A stretch of DNA of 64,000 nucleotides from Nitrospirota bacterium (GTDB lineage: Bacteria; Nitrospirota; Thermodesulfovibrionia; Thermodesulfovibrionales; Magnetobacteriaceae). The stretch lies in assembly GCA_039908505.1 (NCBI GenBank), contig JAMOAZ010000007.1, positions 22,317-86,316 of the forward strand, in the 5' to 3' direction. Below the pieces are notes generated by a model. The model worked only from the letters and a program-made list of their open reading frames with translations, ran no database searches and was not told where the DNA came from. Below are positions 8,231 through 17,978 of this stretch, piece by piece. The translations under genes were made by a program, and so were the position numbers. Every line of letters begins with the position of its first letter. Positions within the stretch are counted from its first letter, which is position 1.

Positions 8231-10720
8231 TTATGACTTTAAAAATATCCTGCGGTCTCTAAGTATGAAATAATTGAATATCAACATACCAACCGGTATC
8301 AACAGGAGCGTAAATCTCTGTAACTTATCTTTATATTTAAAAACTACGCTGTGGCTGCCGGTGTTGTTGATTGCTATGGATTGAAACGCAATGTTGGCCC
8401 TGTATATCTTTGTGTCCTGACCATCGACATTGGCCCTCCAGTTTGGGTCGTAGTTGTTTGATACAACGACAGAGACCGGTGTGGTAAGCTCCAGGGTAAG
8501 GCTGATTTCATCAGGGGAGTAATGGTTAAGCGTTATCCTGTTTTTCTTAAATTGTTCGTCATCTGTGCCATCAGGTAAAGGTGGAGGCGTGTCCGCTGCC
8601 GAAAAATAAACCGTATTAACCAGCTCCGCCCCCTGCGTCTGAATTAGTGTATCATAGACGGCCTTATCTGTCTCCAGTGTTTTAATGTTTTTCACAAGGT
8701 AGGCCCTGTCAAAGGCGGCATTAAACCTGACCACTACGATCTTTTTTGAGTAAAGTTTCATCAGGTTGCCAATTGCCCCGGGTTGTTCCTCGACAGTACT
8801 GCCAGCGAAAATCGTATTAAATATGCCGCCTGGCTGGGAAGCGATACCCCTTGCAACGATATATCTTATATTCAGAAAAGAATACGGGTAAAATAATGTG
8901 TTTGAAGTAAAGTTTGAAATAAAGAGGTTATACCAGTTGCTGTCAAAATAAGGAAGAAACCCGGGGTCTGAAAGCTGCGGGGCTATTACAACTTTGAAAA
9001 AGTCCCTGTAGTATTTGTTAAAAAGCGGACCTCTGGCGTCTGGGGTCTCAAACCCCTGTGTCTGTATATATGGAATTGTCGTATAGTCAACCGATGCCAG
9101 CCTGAAGGGGCCATATTGATTATAGCTGTTCTCCTGTTTAATACCCTCCAGCGCTTTAACATTGGGAAATACGCTGATATAAGGCACGTACTCCTCTTCG
9201 AAAAACCTTGTAAATCTCACCTGAAAAAACAGTATAACACCAATTGTAATAATCAGTATGCCTGCTAGCTGCCCCTTTTTCTGAGCGCCTGAGAGCTTAT
9301 CGCTATACCAGAAAAAGGCCCACACCGAAACTAGTAATAGTGGGGCAAGCGAAACTAAATCCACAATCCCGATTTTCCTCGGACTGAAATAGAATACCGC
9401 AGCAGCAGCAGCGCAGCAAAACAAGAAGGCAAAGACAGGGTTTTTCGCCAACATTGGAAATGAAAAGACCACCCTATTTTCTGCCGTTAAAACCATCAGC
9501 GATATGAAGACAGCGCTTCCAACGTTCAGCATAAGAAGCTGAGCCCCCTGTGTCTCGATTGCCTTTGCAATAAATACTGCAAAAAACGTATAGGCAGCGC
9601 CCACGGCTACCCCAATCAGAAAGCGTTTGGCAAGGGTCTGGTCTCTGACAACCGTATCAATTGCTATAATCGCTGCCATTGTCATCACAATAGGAAATAC
9701 TGTGGTTATATGACCGAGGTCCATCTTCTCAAAAAGCGTACCCCTGAATATAATATTCACTGCCGGAGAGAACAGGGCTGATAAAAATACCACTATGGCA
9801 ATAACTATTAAAGACCGCCGTACCCTGAACGATTTGTCCATTATGGCAATCGCACCGGCAAGCGGAGTGAGCGTCATAGTTTGCAGCGCTGAACCGACAA
9901 ACCCATTATAAAGATTTTTCAGAAATCCCAGATACGACACCGCTTCATATGTATACGTCCTGTGTGAAAACGGTATGTACTTATACAGGCTATAAAGCAC
10001 CGGCACACACACAAGGATATATCCAAACCACACAAGCGATGTCTTTATCAGCATCCTTAGCCTCGCATTTTGTCCTTCGGGCTGTAGCAGCGCTATTATC
10101 AGCGCTTCTAAGATGAAAAAATACGGCAGCGTCAGCACTGGATACGACAGCGCCACAAACAGGTTTAACCCTAACAGCTTCAGTACTAATGAACCCCTAT
10201 TTGCACATTGCATGGAATCCCAGCTCCACGCAAAATACAGAGGAAAGCAATAGCTAAACGTATACAGGACAAACAGACTTGACAACTGCATGTTCAGGGC
10301 AAAGTACACCCCGCCAACAGCCGCCACCCACCCTGTCACGCTCATATATCCACTGAGAAATCTGTACATCCCTACCCCAGCCGCCGCCATCATAGTGATG
10401 ACCATTGCGCCGTACACTGCCCACAGCGGTACGACCTGAGCCGCTATATTCAGGATGTAGAACGGGCTGTGATGCCATGCGTATGCCGGCGCCCCGCCAG
10501 GCCAGTTCGGATACCAGAAATACGGGCCATGCCTGAATAACAGCTCCCCCATCGGCTTATATCTTGGAAAATCTGTCTCGAATATATCATGAAGCTGTAT
10601 CGCCGCCAATGGCCCCAAGGTCAGCTTGTCTATGAAAAACACCGCCGCAATGATTATAAAAAACAGGACAGCCCTCTTTCTGTCTTTTAAGATGTACTCT
10701 TCTATGTATTCTTTAAACAT
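8231..10720 (-). CDS. YfhO-like polytopic membrane protein (GT-C type glycosyltransferase candidate)
   Basis: More than 12 TM segments, periplasmic loop after TM1 with an acidic HD motif, and the YfhO-type C-terminus NYDPNWRANVDG..IYRANIAFQSIAI..GSHSVVFKY plus a final TM. Confidence 0.75.
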   Translation of the reverse strand: MFKEYIEEYILKDRKRAVLFFIIIAAVFFIDKLTLGPLAAIQLHDIFETDFPRYKPMGELLFRHGPYFWYPNWPGGAPAYAWHHSPFYILNIAAQVVPLWAVYGAMVITMMAAAGVGMYRFLSGYMSVTGWVAAVGGVYFALNMQLSSLFVLYTFSYCFPLYFAWSWDSMQCANRGSLVLKLLGLNLFVALSYPVLTLPYFFILEALIIALLQPEGQNARLRMLIKTSLVWFGYILVCVPVLYSLYKYIPFSHRTYTYEAVSYLGFLKNLYNGFVGSALQTMTLTPLAGAIAIMDKSFRVRRSLIVIAIVVFLSALFSPAVNIIFRGTLFEKMDLGHITTVFPIVMTMAAIIAIDTVVRDQTLAKRFLIGVAVGAAYTFFAVFIAKAIETQGAQLLMLNVGSAVFISLMVLTAENRVVFSFPMLAKNPVFAFLFCCAAAAAVFYFSPRKIGIVDLVSLAPLLLVSVWAFFWYSDKLSGAQKKGQLAGILIITIGVILFFQVRFTRFFEEEYVPYISVFPNVKALEGIKQENSYNQYGPFRLASVDYTTIPYIQTQGFETPDARGPLFNKYYRDFFKVVIAPQLSDPGFLPYFDSNWYNLFISNFTSNTLFYPYSFLNIRYIVARGIASQPGGIFNTIFAGSTVEEQPGAIGNLMKLYSKKIVVVRFNAAFDRAYLVKNIKTLETDKAVYDTLIQTQGAELVNTVYFSAADTPPPLPDGTDDEQFKKNRITLNHYSPDEISLTLELTTPVSVVVSNNYDPNWRANVDGQDTKIYRANIAFQSIAINNTGSHSVVFKYKDKLQRFTLLLIPVGMLIFNYFILRDRRIFLKS

Positions 10721-10766
10721 GAGAGTCTAAGCGGTGAATTAAGAGACAGGTTCAATGCGGCCCTGG

Positions 10767-11927
10767 TCATATCCCTTTTAAGGAGTTGTGTAGATAGTCT
10801 ATTTCATTTCTTATATCAACAGGGTGGTTGCCGATGAAAAAGCCGCAGTCATGTGCTATGTCGGCCTGTGTTGAGCTTAACACCTCGTAATCAAAATACT
10901 TTATTACGTCGTGTCTTAGTATGTTGCCGCCGGTGATGATCCTATATTCGATTCCCGCGTTTTTCAGGGCATTAAGGACTGCGCCTCTGTCTGTGTGCGA
11001 GTCAGGGTTTACTATCATTGTAAAACAAAACCATGAGCTTTGCCCAGTCTCCTTTTGAATGATAAAGCGCTTGTCGTCTTTAAATATGCTTACAAAATGG
11101 GCGGCATTTGCCCGTCTTGCACTGAGAAAGACATCGAGTTTTTTAAGCTGAACCTTGCCAATAGCCCCCTGCATCTCCATTGGGCGGACATTATAGCCCG
11201 GCAGGATAAACCGGTATGCCTCGTAGAAATCACTCTCTTTCTTTTCAAAAATCGGACTGCCCTCCGGCTGCCCACGGCACCAGCCATGATTGCGGATTGA
11301 CCTGCAGAGGCAGTCACTTTCAAAGTCATCAGTTAAAATAAGGCCGCCTTCCATAGTAGATATGTGATGAGAGAAAAATGTGCTGAATGTTCCTACAAGG
11401 CCAAACGTCCCCGTATAACGGTTATCATACACTGCCCCCATTGATTCGCAGTTGTCCTCGAACAGGATAAGATTATGTTTTTGGCATATCTCCATTATTT
11501 TATCAAAGCGGCACGGATTGCCAAGTATGCTTACTGCCACAATCATCCTTGTCCTGGGTGTTATCGCCTGCTCAAGCTGCTCTACATCTATGTTGAGTGT
11601 GTTAATGTCTATATCGACAAACCTGAGTTTGAGGCCGTACTGATGCAGGGGATAAAACGTAGTTGCCCACGAAATACACGGCACTATTACCTCATCGCCC
11701 GGTCTTAACGGCCTTTCCTTACGGTAAAACAACGCGGCAACGGCCACAAGATTTGCCGACGAGCCAGAGTTTACCATGCAGGCGTATCTGCGTCCGAACA
11801 ATGCGGCAAACTCCGCCTCAAACTCTGAGACGTGTCTTCCCATTGTAAACATGTCACTGTCTACGACTGAGGTGATTGCCGCCTTTTCCTCATCGCCAAA
11901 GGTGGAAGATGTCAGGGAGAGTCTCAT
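10767..11927 (-). CDS. colD: ColD-type PLP-dependent NDP-4-keto-6-deoxy-sugar 3-dehydratase (DegT fold)
   Basis: DegT/DnrJ fold (VNSGSSANL, EDNCES) with FSTFFSHHISTMEGG: His in place of the PLP Lys, the ColD signature. Confidence 0.8.
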   Translation of the reverse strand: MRLSLTSSTFGDEEKAAITSVVDSDMFTMGRHVSEFEAEFAALFGRRYACMVNSGSSANLVAVAALFYRKERPLRPGDEVIVPCISWATTFYPLHQYGLKLRFVDIDINTLNIDVEQLEQAITPRTRMIVAVSILGNPCRFDKIMEICQKHNLILFEDNCESMGAVYDNRYTGTFGLVGTFSTFFSHHISTMEGGLILTDDFESDCLCRSIRNHGWCRGQPEGSPIFEKKESDFYEAYRFILPGYNVRPMEMQGAIGKVQLKKLDVFLSARRANAAHFVSIFKDDKRFIIQKETGQSSWFCFTMIVNPDSHTDRGAVLNALKNAGIEYRIITGGNILRHDVIKYFDYEVLSSTQADIAHDCGFFIGNHPVDIRNEIDYLHNSLKGI

Positions 11928-12925
11928 TGTGGTCTCCTTTGAGGTTGATAGACTATGATTTTCGAGCCGTCAAAATCAAAACTAAAAGGCACGTGCAGGT
12001 AATCGTTGAGTTCCTGTTTAAAACTGTTTTGTCTTTCCTGTTCTACAAAGAATACCATAAAGCCGCCCCCGCCTGCCCCTAACAGTTTCCCGCCAATTGC
12101 CCCGCTGTTCATGGCGCGCTCATAGATAGAGTCAATTTCTGAATTTGATACCCTGTTTGACAAGGTTTTCTTAAGGAGCCATGATTGATTCATCAGTTGT
12201 CCAAACTCCCTTAGGTCTCTGCCGCTGTTCACCAGTATATCATAGGCCTCGTCTACCATGTCTTTCATCTGTGTGAGGTTTTTTTCATTTTTCGAGATAT
12301 TTTTAATCTTATCTCCTGCCACTTCAGAGGCGATTCTTGATATACCGGTGTAAATCAATACAAGGCTCCGTTCAAATTCTACGAGTCTCTCAGGCTTAAT
12401 AATTATAGGCTCTACAATTATCTTGCCGTTTGCCAGAAAGTTAATAACGTTGAGGCCGCCGTGGGCGGCAAATGTCTGGTCCTGTGAGCCGACGTTCTCT
12501 TTGATCAGCTCCTGTTCGATATAAATGGACTCGCGCATCAAATCATCTTTAGAGGCGATACGCCCCTGCAGGGCATAGAGGCTGTGAATCAGGCCGACTG
12601 TGAAGGCAGAGCTTGAGCCCATCCCGCTTCTTGCCGGGATGTCACCGTCGTGGTGGATTGATACGCCGTAGTCAACCTTGAAATACTTCAGTGTCTCCCG
12701 CACGGAGGGGTGCATGATGGTGTTTATGTCGCTGACATTTTCTATTTTAGAGTAGACTATTCTGTGTTTATGGTCAAAAAACGGCGGCAGCCGCCTGACG
12801 CTTAGGTAGCAGTACTTATCCACACAGGTTCCAAGCACCTTGCCGCAGTGTCTCAGGTAGTAGTCCGGGTAGTCGGTACCGCCGCCGAAAAATGAAATCC
12901 TATGTGGGGTTCTTGATATTATCAT
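11924..12925 (-). CDS. hddA: GHMP kinase, D-glycero-alpha-D-manno-heptose-7-phosphate kinase family
   Basis: RTPHRISFFGGGTDYP, DIPARSGMGSSSAF, VGSQDQ, GGKLLGAGGGGF. Confidence 0.85.
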   Translation of the reverse strand: MIISRTPHRISFFGGGTDYPDYYLRHCGKVLGTCVDKYCYLSVRRLPPFFDHKHRIVYSKIENVSDINTIMHPSVRETLKYFKVDYGVSIHHDGDIPARSGMGSSSAFTVGLIHSLYALQGRIASKDDLMRESIYIEQELIKENVGSQDQTFAAHGGLNVINFLANGKIIVEPIIIKPERLVEFERSLVLIYTGISRIASEVAGDKIKNISKNEKNLTQMKDMVDEAYDILVNSGRDLREFGQLMNQSWLLKKTLSNRVSNSEIDSIYERAMNSGAIGGKLLGAGGGGFMVFFVEQERQNSFKQELNDYLHVPFSFDFDGSKIIVYQPQRRPQ

Positions 12926-13647
12926 TGTCGCTGTACATCCAAAAGATAATCACCTGCGATATTATACGTCTCCGGCACACCTATGTCAATAAACCTGCCG
13001 TTAAAGCGGTATCCAAAACAATTACTGTCACTGGTGTCACTGGGCAAAAGCGACGGCAGGAACTCCCTCTCAAGTGATATGACTACACCCTCAGGGCAGT
13101 TATTGAACAACGCCCTGTTAAACACATATATGCCAGCGTTGATTAGGCCGTCTACAGACGTCTTTTCGTGAAATGACACAACCCTGCCAACGGCGTCAAG
13201 GGCAACCGTGCCATATCTGCCGCAGTCTTTCATCTCCTTAAGGGCAATGCTCAAAGAGGCGCTGCGTTGTAAATGCACTGAGACGAAATCCTTAATATCA
13301 ACTCCGGCAAATGTATCACCGTTTAGGGCAATTACCTCTGGGGTTTTTGTATATTGAACGGCCTTTTTGAGTGCCCCACCGGTGCCAAGCAACTGCTCTT
13401 CGACTGAAAACAGGATTTCAAAACTATACCTGCCAGTGCCCCCGTAGTGCCCGATTATCTTATCGGCCATAAATCCAACTGCAATAACCACCCTCTTTAT
13501 GAAATCATATTGGCTTAAGTGTCCAAGCAGTATATCAAGAAACGGTCTGCCGTTGACCGGGGCCATGACCTTTGGCAGGGCATCAACGACCGGCCTTAAG
13601 CGTGTACCAAGCCCACCGGCCAGGATTATTGCGTCTGTTGATTGCAC
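12922..13647 (-). CDS. hddC: Sugar-1-phosphate guanylyltransferase, HddC-like
   Basis: ILAGGLGTRLRPVV..PKVMAPVNGRPFL, EEQLLGTGGA, INAGIY, FIDIGVPETY; coupled to hddA. Confidence 0.8.
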   Translation of the reverse strand: MQSTDAIILAGGLGTRLRPVVDALPKVMAPVNGRPFLDILLGHLSQYDFIKRVVIAVGFMADKIIGHYGGTGRYSFEILFSVEEQLLGTGGALKKAVQYTKTPEVIALNGDTFAGVDIKDFVSVHLQRSASLSIALKEMKDCGRYGTVALDAVGRVVSFHEKTSVDGLINAGIYVFNRALFNNCPEGVVISLEREFLPSLLPSDTSDSNCFGYRFNGRFIDIGVPETYNIAGDYLLDVQRQ

Positions 13648-14936
13648 CTTATGACTACAGCCGAGGACTGCCCGCCTATGCCGTAGCTTATTGATAAGAA
13701 CTTATCGCTGTGGCACGGCTGATGGGTGTTTGAGAATTTCAGGTGTGGGTATTCCTTTTCCATTTCGCTTTCATTAAAGTTAAGTGTGGCTGGCACGATG
13801 GAGTCCCTGACGCCAAGTACCGAAAATATTATCTCAGCAATGTCGCTTGCTGCGGCCATGTGCCCGGTATATGGCTTCAGGGCGCATAGTGCTGCAGGGA
13901 AGGGTCCTGCTGCGGCAGCGATTGAATTGAGTTCTGAGCGGTCGCCTTTCTTTGTGCCGCTTCCGTGCGGGGATATAAAGGCGAGGTCTTCTATCTTTAC
14001 CCCGGAGTTAGTGAGCGCTTCGTTTATACATAGCATGGTTACGCGCTCCGGTACGCTGACTGCCGGGCCTTCGGCATGTTCTATGGCATTTCCAAATCCC
14101 ATGATTGTCCCATATATGACAGCGCCGCGCCTTTGCGCGCTTTGTCTTTCCTCAAGCACAATGGCAGCCCCTCCCTCACCTGGGATAAAGCCATCTCTCT
14201 TTTTATCAAACGGCCTGTAGGACTTCACACCGGCGGCACAGCCTGATAGCAGGCCAAGCCCCTCCAGCTCATACATGGGGATTTCGGTAATCCAGTTTCC
14301 ACACCCTGCGCTTACGGCTATATCTGCCTTGCCCTGACGTATGGCCCTTGCGGCAAGCTCCAGCGACTGCCCCCCGCAGGGCGACAGACTGGTCAGCGTG
14401 GTATTTGGCCCCTTAAAATCAATTAATGCCGACAGCGCGCTAAACAGGTTATTAGATATAGACTCAAGCAGAAAAAATGGATTTACCTTGTTCAGGGTCA
14501 ATGTGTTGAGCTTCGCTGAATCAATATCTCTCCAGCGTCCGTTGGTGGCCTCCTTCGTAGCGTGATAAAAGAAATCATATCCAATTTTAGTGAAATCCCC
14601 TGTTGCTATAAACAGCGCCCTGCGTCCAGGGGGTATGCCGTTCATATCTGGAAACCCAATGCTGCTGTTTTTTATGGCGTCAAGCGAGGCGGCAAATCCA
14701 AGCGTTGAGCCTCTGTTTAGAAATTTCATCTGGCTTGTCAGCTTCTTCGGTATCTCAAATGGATACGCGAATGCCTCAACCTTGCCATAATATTGCATTG
14801 CCCTCGGGCAGCCTTCCTGTGGATAGTGAGCTACTCCGGTTTTGAGGGCACGGATGTTCCTCCAATTTTCCTCAATTCCAAACCCAAGTGATGTTACAAG
14901 CCCCATGCCGGTTATTACTACTTCTCTTTTTTCCAT
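13626..14936 (-). CDS. Divergent beta-ketoacyl-ACP synthase (FabF-like)
   Basis: VVITGMGLVTSLG; catalytic Cys in SPCGG; His in SPHGSGT and in LKPYTGH; GEGGAAIVLE; C-terminal SYGIGGQ. Confidence 0.88.
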   Translation of the reverse strand: MEKREVVITGMGLVTSLGFGIEENWRNIRALKTGVAHYPQEGCPRAMQYYGKVEAFAYPFEIPKKLTSQMKFLNRGSTLGFAASLDAIKNSSIGFPDMNGIPPGRRALFIATGDFTKIGYDFFYHATKEATNGRWRDIDSAKLNTLTLNKVNPFFLLESISNNLFSALSALIDFKGPNTTLTSLSPCGGQSLELAARAIRQGKADIAVSAGCGNWITEIPMYELEGLGLLSGCAAGVKSYRPFDKKRDGFIPGEGGAAIVLEERQSAQRRGAVIYGTIMGFGNAIEHAEGPAVSVPERVTMLCINEALTNSGVKIEDLAFISPHGSGTKKGDRSELNSIAAAAGPFPAALCALKPYTGHMAAASDIAEIIFSVLGVRDSIVPATLNFNESEMEKEYPHLKFSNTHQPCHSDKFLSISYGIGGQSSAVVIRCNQQTQ

Positions 14937-14939
14937 TGT

Positions 14940-15389
14940 TTAAAGACTCAGCTCTCTTGTTAGTATTTTAAAAAACCTGCGTTCCTTGTCAATGTCTGCA
15001 ATTTCGGCAAGTGGGACAATTGTGCCGCTGAACTCAGCCACTGCCTTTTTCTTGCCCATGACCGTACCGACAGCCTTAAAAGACGCCCTGTCATGTTCAA
15101 CAGTGACGGCCTCAACTGCAAGTTCTACCTGATCTCCAGGCAGGGCAAACCCATAAAACTTGCACTTGTCCACAGTCTCCGGCAAAAACCATCCCTTAAA
15201 ATCTGATGACGCCGCCGTAAGCCACCCCGCAAGCTGCGACAGTGCCTCTACCATCAGCACCCCCGGCATCACCGGATTCCCCGGGAAATGAAACTCCAGA
15301 AAATCCTCTGTCATCGCCACATTCTTTATTCCCCTGATCTTGTCATTTCCACTCCACTCCAATATCCTGTCTACTAATAAATATCTCAA
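14940..15389 (-). CDS. fabZ: 3-hydroxyacyl-ACP dehydratase (FabZ/FabA hot-dog family)
   Basis: LLVDRI, HFPGNPVMPGVLMVEALSQ. Confidence 0.9.
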   Translation of the reverse strand: MRYLLVDRILEWSGNDKIRGIKNVAMTEDFLEFHFPGNPVMPGVLMVEALSQLAGWLTAASSDFKGWFLPETVDKCKFYGFALPGDQVELAVEAVTVEHDRASFKAVGTVMGKKKAVAEFSGTIVPLAEIADIDKERRFFKILTRELSL

Positions 15390-15394
15390 ATTCG

Positions 15395-15772
15395 TTATCC
15401 CCCTAATAATATTACAGATGACACGGCGTACTCCGGCGTATGAGAGATAGTGACGGATGCCCCTGAGGCATTCAGCCTCCTCATCAGGTTGTCCAGCCAG
15501 CCGTTGAGCCTCAGTGCAGGGCGCCCTGAGGGCATGACAGATATTTCTATCCTGCGAAAAATGCCAATGGCTGTAAACCCTGAACCGATAGCCTTTAAAA
15601 ACGCCTCCTTTGCGGCAAACCGCCCGGCAAAGTGTACATAAGGGTCCCTGTGGCTCAGGCAGTACCTCTGCTCCTCCTGTGTGAATATATCCTCAACGAA
15701 GACCGCGCTCCTGTCCATCGTTTCCCGCAGCCTGTCCACATTAACTATGTCAATCCCGTGATAAAGGCGCAC
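15395..15772 (-). CDS. acpS: Holo-ACP synthase (phosphopantetheinyl transferase)
   Basis: GIDIV, FTQEE, AGRFAAKEAFLKA, GRP, ISHT; GTG start overlaps the fabG TAG. Confidence 0.93.
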   Translation of the reverse strand: MRLYHGIDIVNVDRLRETMDRSAVFVEDIFTQEEQRYCLSHRDPYVHFAGRFAAKEAFLKAIGSGFTAIGIFRRIEISVMPSGRPALRLNGWLDNLMRRLNASGASVTISHTPEYAVSSVILLGG

Positions 15773-16527
15773 TATGATACCGTCATTCCGCCGTCAACGG
15801 GGATTGCCTGCCCGGTTATGTAGCCTGAAAGGTCTGAGGCAAGAAACACGGCAAGACCTGCCACATCATCCGGGGTGCCATAGCGCCCAAGGGGAATCGC
15901 TGAGAGCAGCGCATCTCCCCCCCTCTTCCTTGCCCTTGCACTCATGTCTGTTAGTATCATGCCCGGCAATATGGCATTGACTAAAATCCCTTTGGGGGCA
16001 AGTTCAACGGCACAGGCCTTTGTAAATGAGACCACACCGCCCTTTGACGCCGCGTAGTTGGCCTGCCCGCGTGTACACTTAATTGCCACAATACTTGCAA
16101 TATTTATGATTCGACCGCTGTGGTTTGCCATCATCTGCTCTGCGGCATATTTTGAACACAAAAACGTCCCCCGCAGATTTATATCAAGCACCTTGTCCCA
16201 GTCGGAGTACTCCATTGCTATTAACAGATTATCTTTGATTACACCGGCGTTGTTTACCAGTATGTCGAGTTTCCTGTGTGTCTTTCTAATGTAGTTGAAC
16301 ATGGCCGTGACCTCGTCTTCTTTTGAGACATCGGCCTTAAATGTATCTGCTGGTTGTGCTGAGGACTGAGCTATTTCAGACTGTAAGGACACGGCTGCGT
16401 CTGCGGATTTGGAGTAATTAATAATCACAGCAGCCCCGGCCTCAGCTAATTTCAGGCAAATCTGCCGCCCTATCCCACGCGCACCACCTGTGACAAGGGC
16501 AGTCTTACCGGTTAAGTCTATGTTCAT
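15772..16527 (-). CDS. fabG: 3-oxoacyl-ACP reductase (SDR)
   Basis: TGGARGIG, NNAGVIKD, YAASK, VNAILPG, ITGQAIPVDGG. Confidence 0.88.
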   Translation of the reverse strand: MNIDLTGKTALVTGGARGIGRQICLKLAEAGAAVIINYSKSADAAVSLQSEIAQSSAQPADTFKADVSKEDEVTAMFNYIRKTHRKLDILVNNAGVIKDNLLIAMEYSDWDKVLDINLRGTFLCSKYAAEQMMANHSGRIINIASIVAIKCTRGQANYAASKGGVVSFTKACAVELAPKGILVNAILPGMILTDMSARARKRGGDALLSAIPLGRYGTPDDVAGLAVFLASDLSGYITGQAIPVDGGMTVS

Positions 16528-16530
16528 CTC

Positions 16531-16854
16531 TTATCCAACTAGTGGCCTTCCCTGAGCGTCTTTATTGATATTGCCGGTTAGTATTAAAATCCCTTCAACT
16601 ATGCCCCATAGACCGCCGACACCGGCAGTTATTAGGGTTGCAAATATCTGAAGAACCCCAATGCCTGTATAGCCAAGATAAAAACGGTGTACGCCTAACC
16701 AGCCCAGGAATATCCCTAAGAGTCCGGCAGTTATTTTCTCCTTTGTGTAGCCGGATGAGCCGGTAACTTGCGGTTCACCTGAGAGCTGTGTCCCGCACTT
16801 TTCACAAAAGTGCGCACTGTCCGAAACATGGTTTCCACAATTTCTGCAGTACAT
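16531..16854 (-). CDS. Zinc-ribbon + TM2 domain membrane protein
   Basis: CRNCG..FCEKCG zinc ribbon; KITAGLLGIFLGWLGVHRFYLG TM2 motif; SD GGAGG. Confidence 0.9.
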   Translation of the reverse strand: MYCRNCGNHVSDSAHFCEKCGTQLSGEPQVTGSSGYTKEKITAGLLGIFLGWLGVHRFYLGYTGIGVLQIFATLITAGVGGLWGIVEGILILTGNINKDAQGRPLVG

Positions 16855-16895
16855 AATCGCATCCCTCCTAATGTTTGCCGCACAAGTGACGCATA

Positions 16896-16925
16896 ATTTT
16901 ATGTCAGAGCAGCGGATTTTGTCAA
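16896..16925 (-). promoter_or_regulatory. sigma70-like promoter of the TM2-fabG-...-yfhO operon
   Basis: Minus strand TTGACA (16925-16920), 18 nt, TAAAAT (16901-16896). Confidence 0.7.
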
Positions 16926-16996
16926 ATCATTAATTATTCACAGGTCAATCACCGTACTACTTTTAACTCAACCCCAAATGCTACAATACCTGCAGC

Positions 16997-17851
16997 ATGT
17001 CTAAGCAATATGACAAGATAATAAAGGAAGTTCTGAAAGATGTCATAGACACCATGTTAACGAGCGTAATTGGGCTGAAAGCCGTTAAATCCACATCCGT
17101 AGAAACCAAACTGCAGATAACGAACGAGCGTGAGGCCGATTTTATTGTTATGGTAGAACTGGAAGATGCTTCGCAGTGTCTGGTACATATAGAATTCCAG
17201 ACCACGAACTATGCTAAGATGGCATATAGGGAGCTGCGTTACTGGGTTTACATCACAGAAGTTTACGATATTCAGCCGCTACAGTATGTGTTTTACATAG
17301 GCAACGAGCCACTTACAATGCCTGACATAATCAAAACGAAGACGGTCGACTATCGTTATAATCTTATAGATATGCGAAATGTGGATTGCGATAAATTTTT
17401 ATATTCAAACAGACCGGAAGAGGTTATAATCGCAATCTTGTGCAATTATCAAAAGAAAGGTGTTAAAATATTTATAAGAGAGATATTGAGTAGACTTAGG
17501 GATCTAGTGCCGGAGGAAACGCTTCGGGGCAAGCACATAAGACAGGTGGAAGTGTTGTCGCAGTTGAGGGATTTACAGGACGAAGTATGTAAGGAGGCAG
17601 AGGCTATGGCAATAATGTATGATATGGAGAGAGACGTAAGGTTCAAGCAGGGATTGGCCGAAGGGCAGCGCAAGGGGCTGCTTGAAGCAATTGAGTTAGG
17701 GCTTGAGCTTAAATATGGGGCATTCGGGCTTGAGCTAATGAATATGGCTAGTGCGGTGGATTCTATAGATAAGTTGGAAGCTCTTAAAAATCTTATTAAA
17801 AAAGCCAGCTCGTTGGATGAATTGAGAGGGTTTTTTAGGGAAAACATATAA
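16997..17851 (+). CDS. Rpn-family recombination-promoting nuclease/putative transposase (PD-(D/E)XK)
   Basis: YDKIIKE, READFIV..HIEFQ nuclease motif; C-terminal YDMERDVRFKQGLAEGQRKGLLEAI tail. Confidence 0.8.
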   Translation: MSKQYDKIIKEVLKDVIDTMLTSVIGLKAVKSTSVETKLQITNEREADFIVMVELEDASQCLVHIEFQTTNYAKMAYRELRYWVYITEVYDIQPLQYVFYIGNEPLTMPDIIKTKTVDYRYNLIDMRNVDCDKFLYSNRPEEVIIAILCNYQKKGVKIFIREILSRLRDLVPEETLRGKHIRQVEVLSQLRDLQDEVCKEAEAMAIMYDMERDVRFKQGLAEGQRKGLLEAIELGLELKYGAFGLELMNMASAVDSIDKLEALKNLIKKASSLDELRGFFRENI

Positions 17852-17978
17852 TGTTTAATCACAATACACTAACTTTTCAGGCTTTTCAGGACTTGAGAGG
17901 GGTTTCCTATGACATCATAGTGCGTTTGCCCTGTAGAGAGTATCGATTTAATGTCTGCTAACATGTTATGATTGGAGT

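Noticed and set aside
10767-11927. Annotation as an ordinary DegT aminotransferase or perosamine synthase
   Set aside because: The PLP-binding Lys is replaced by His (SHH), the ColD-type signature
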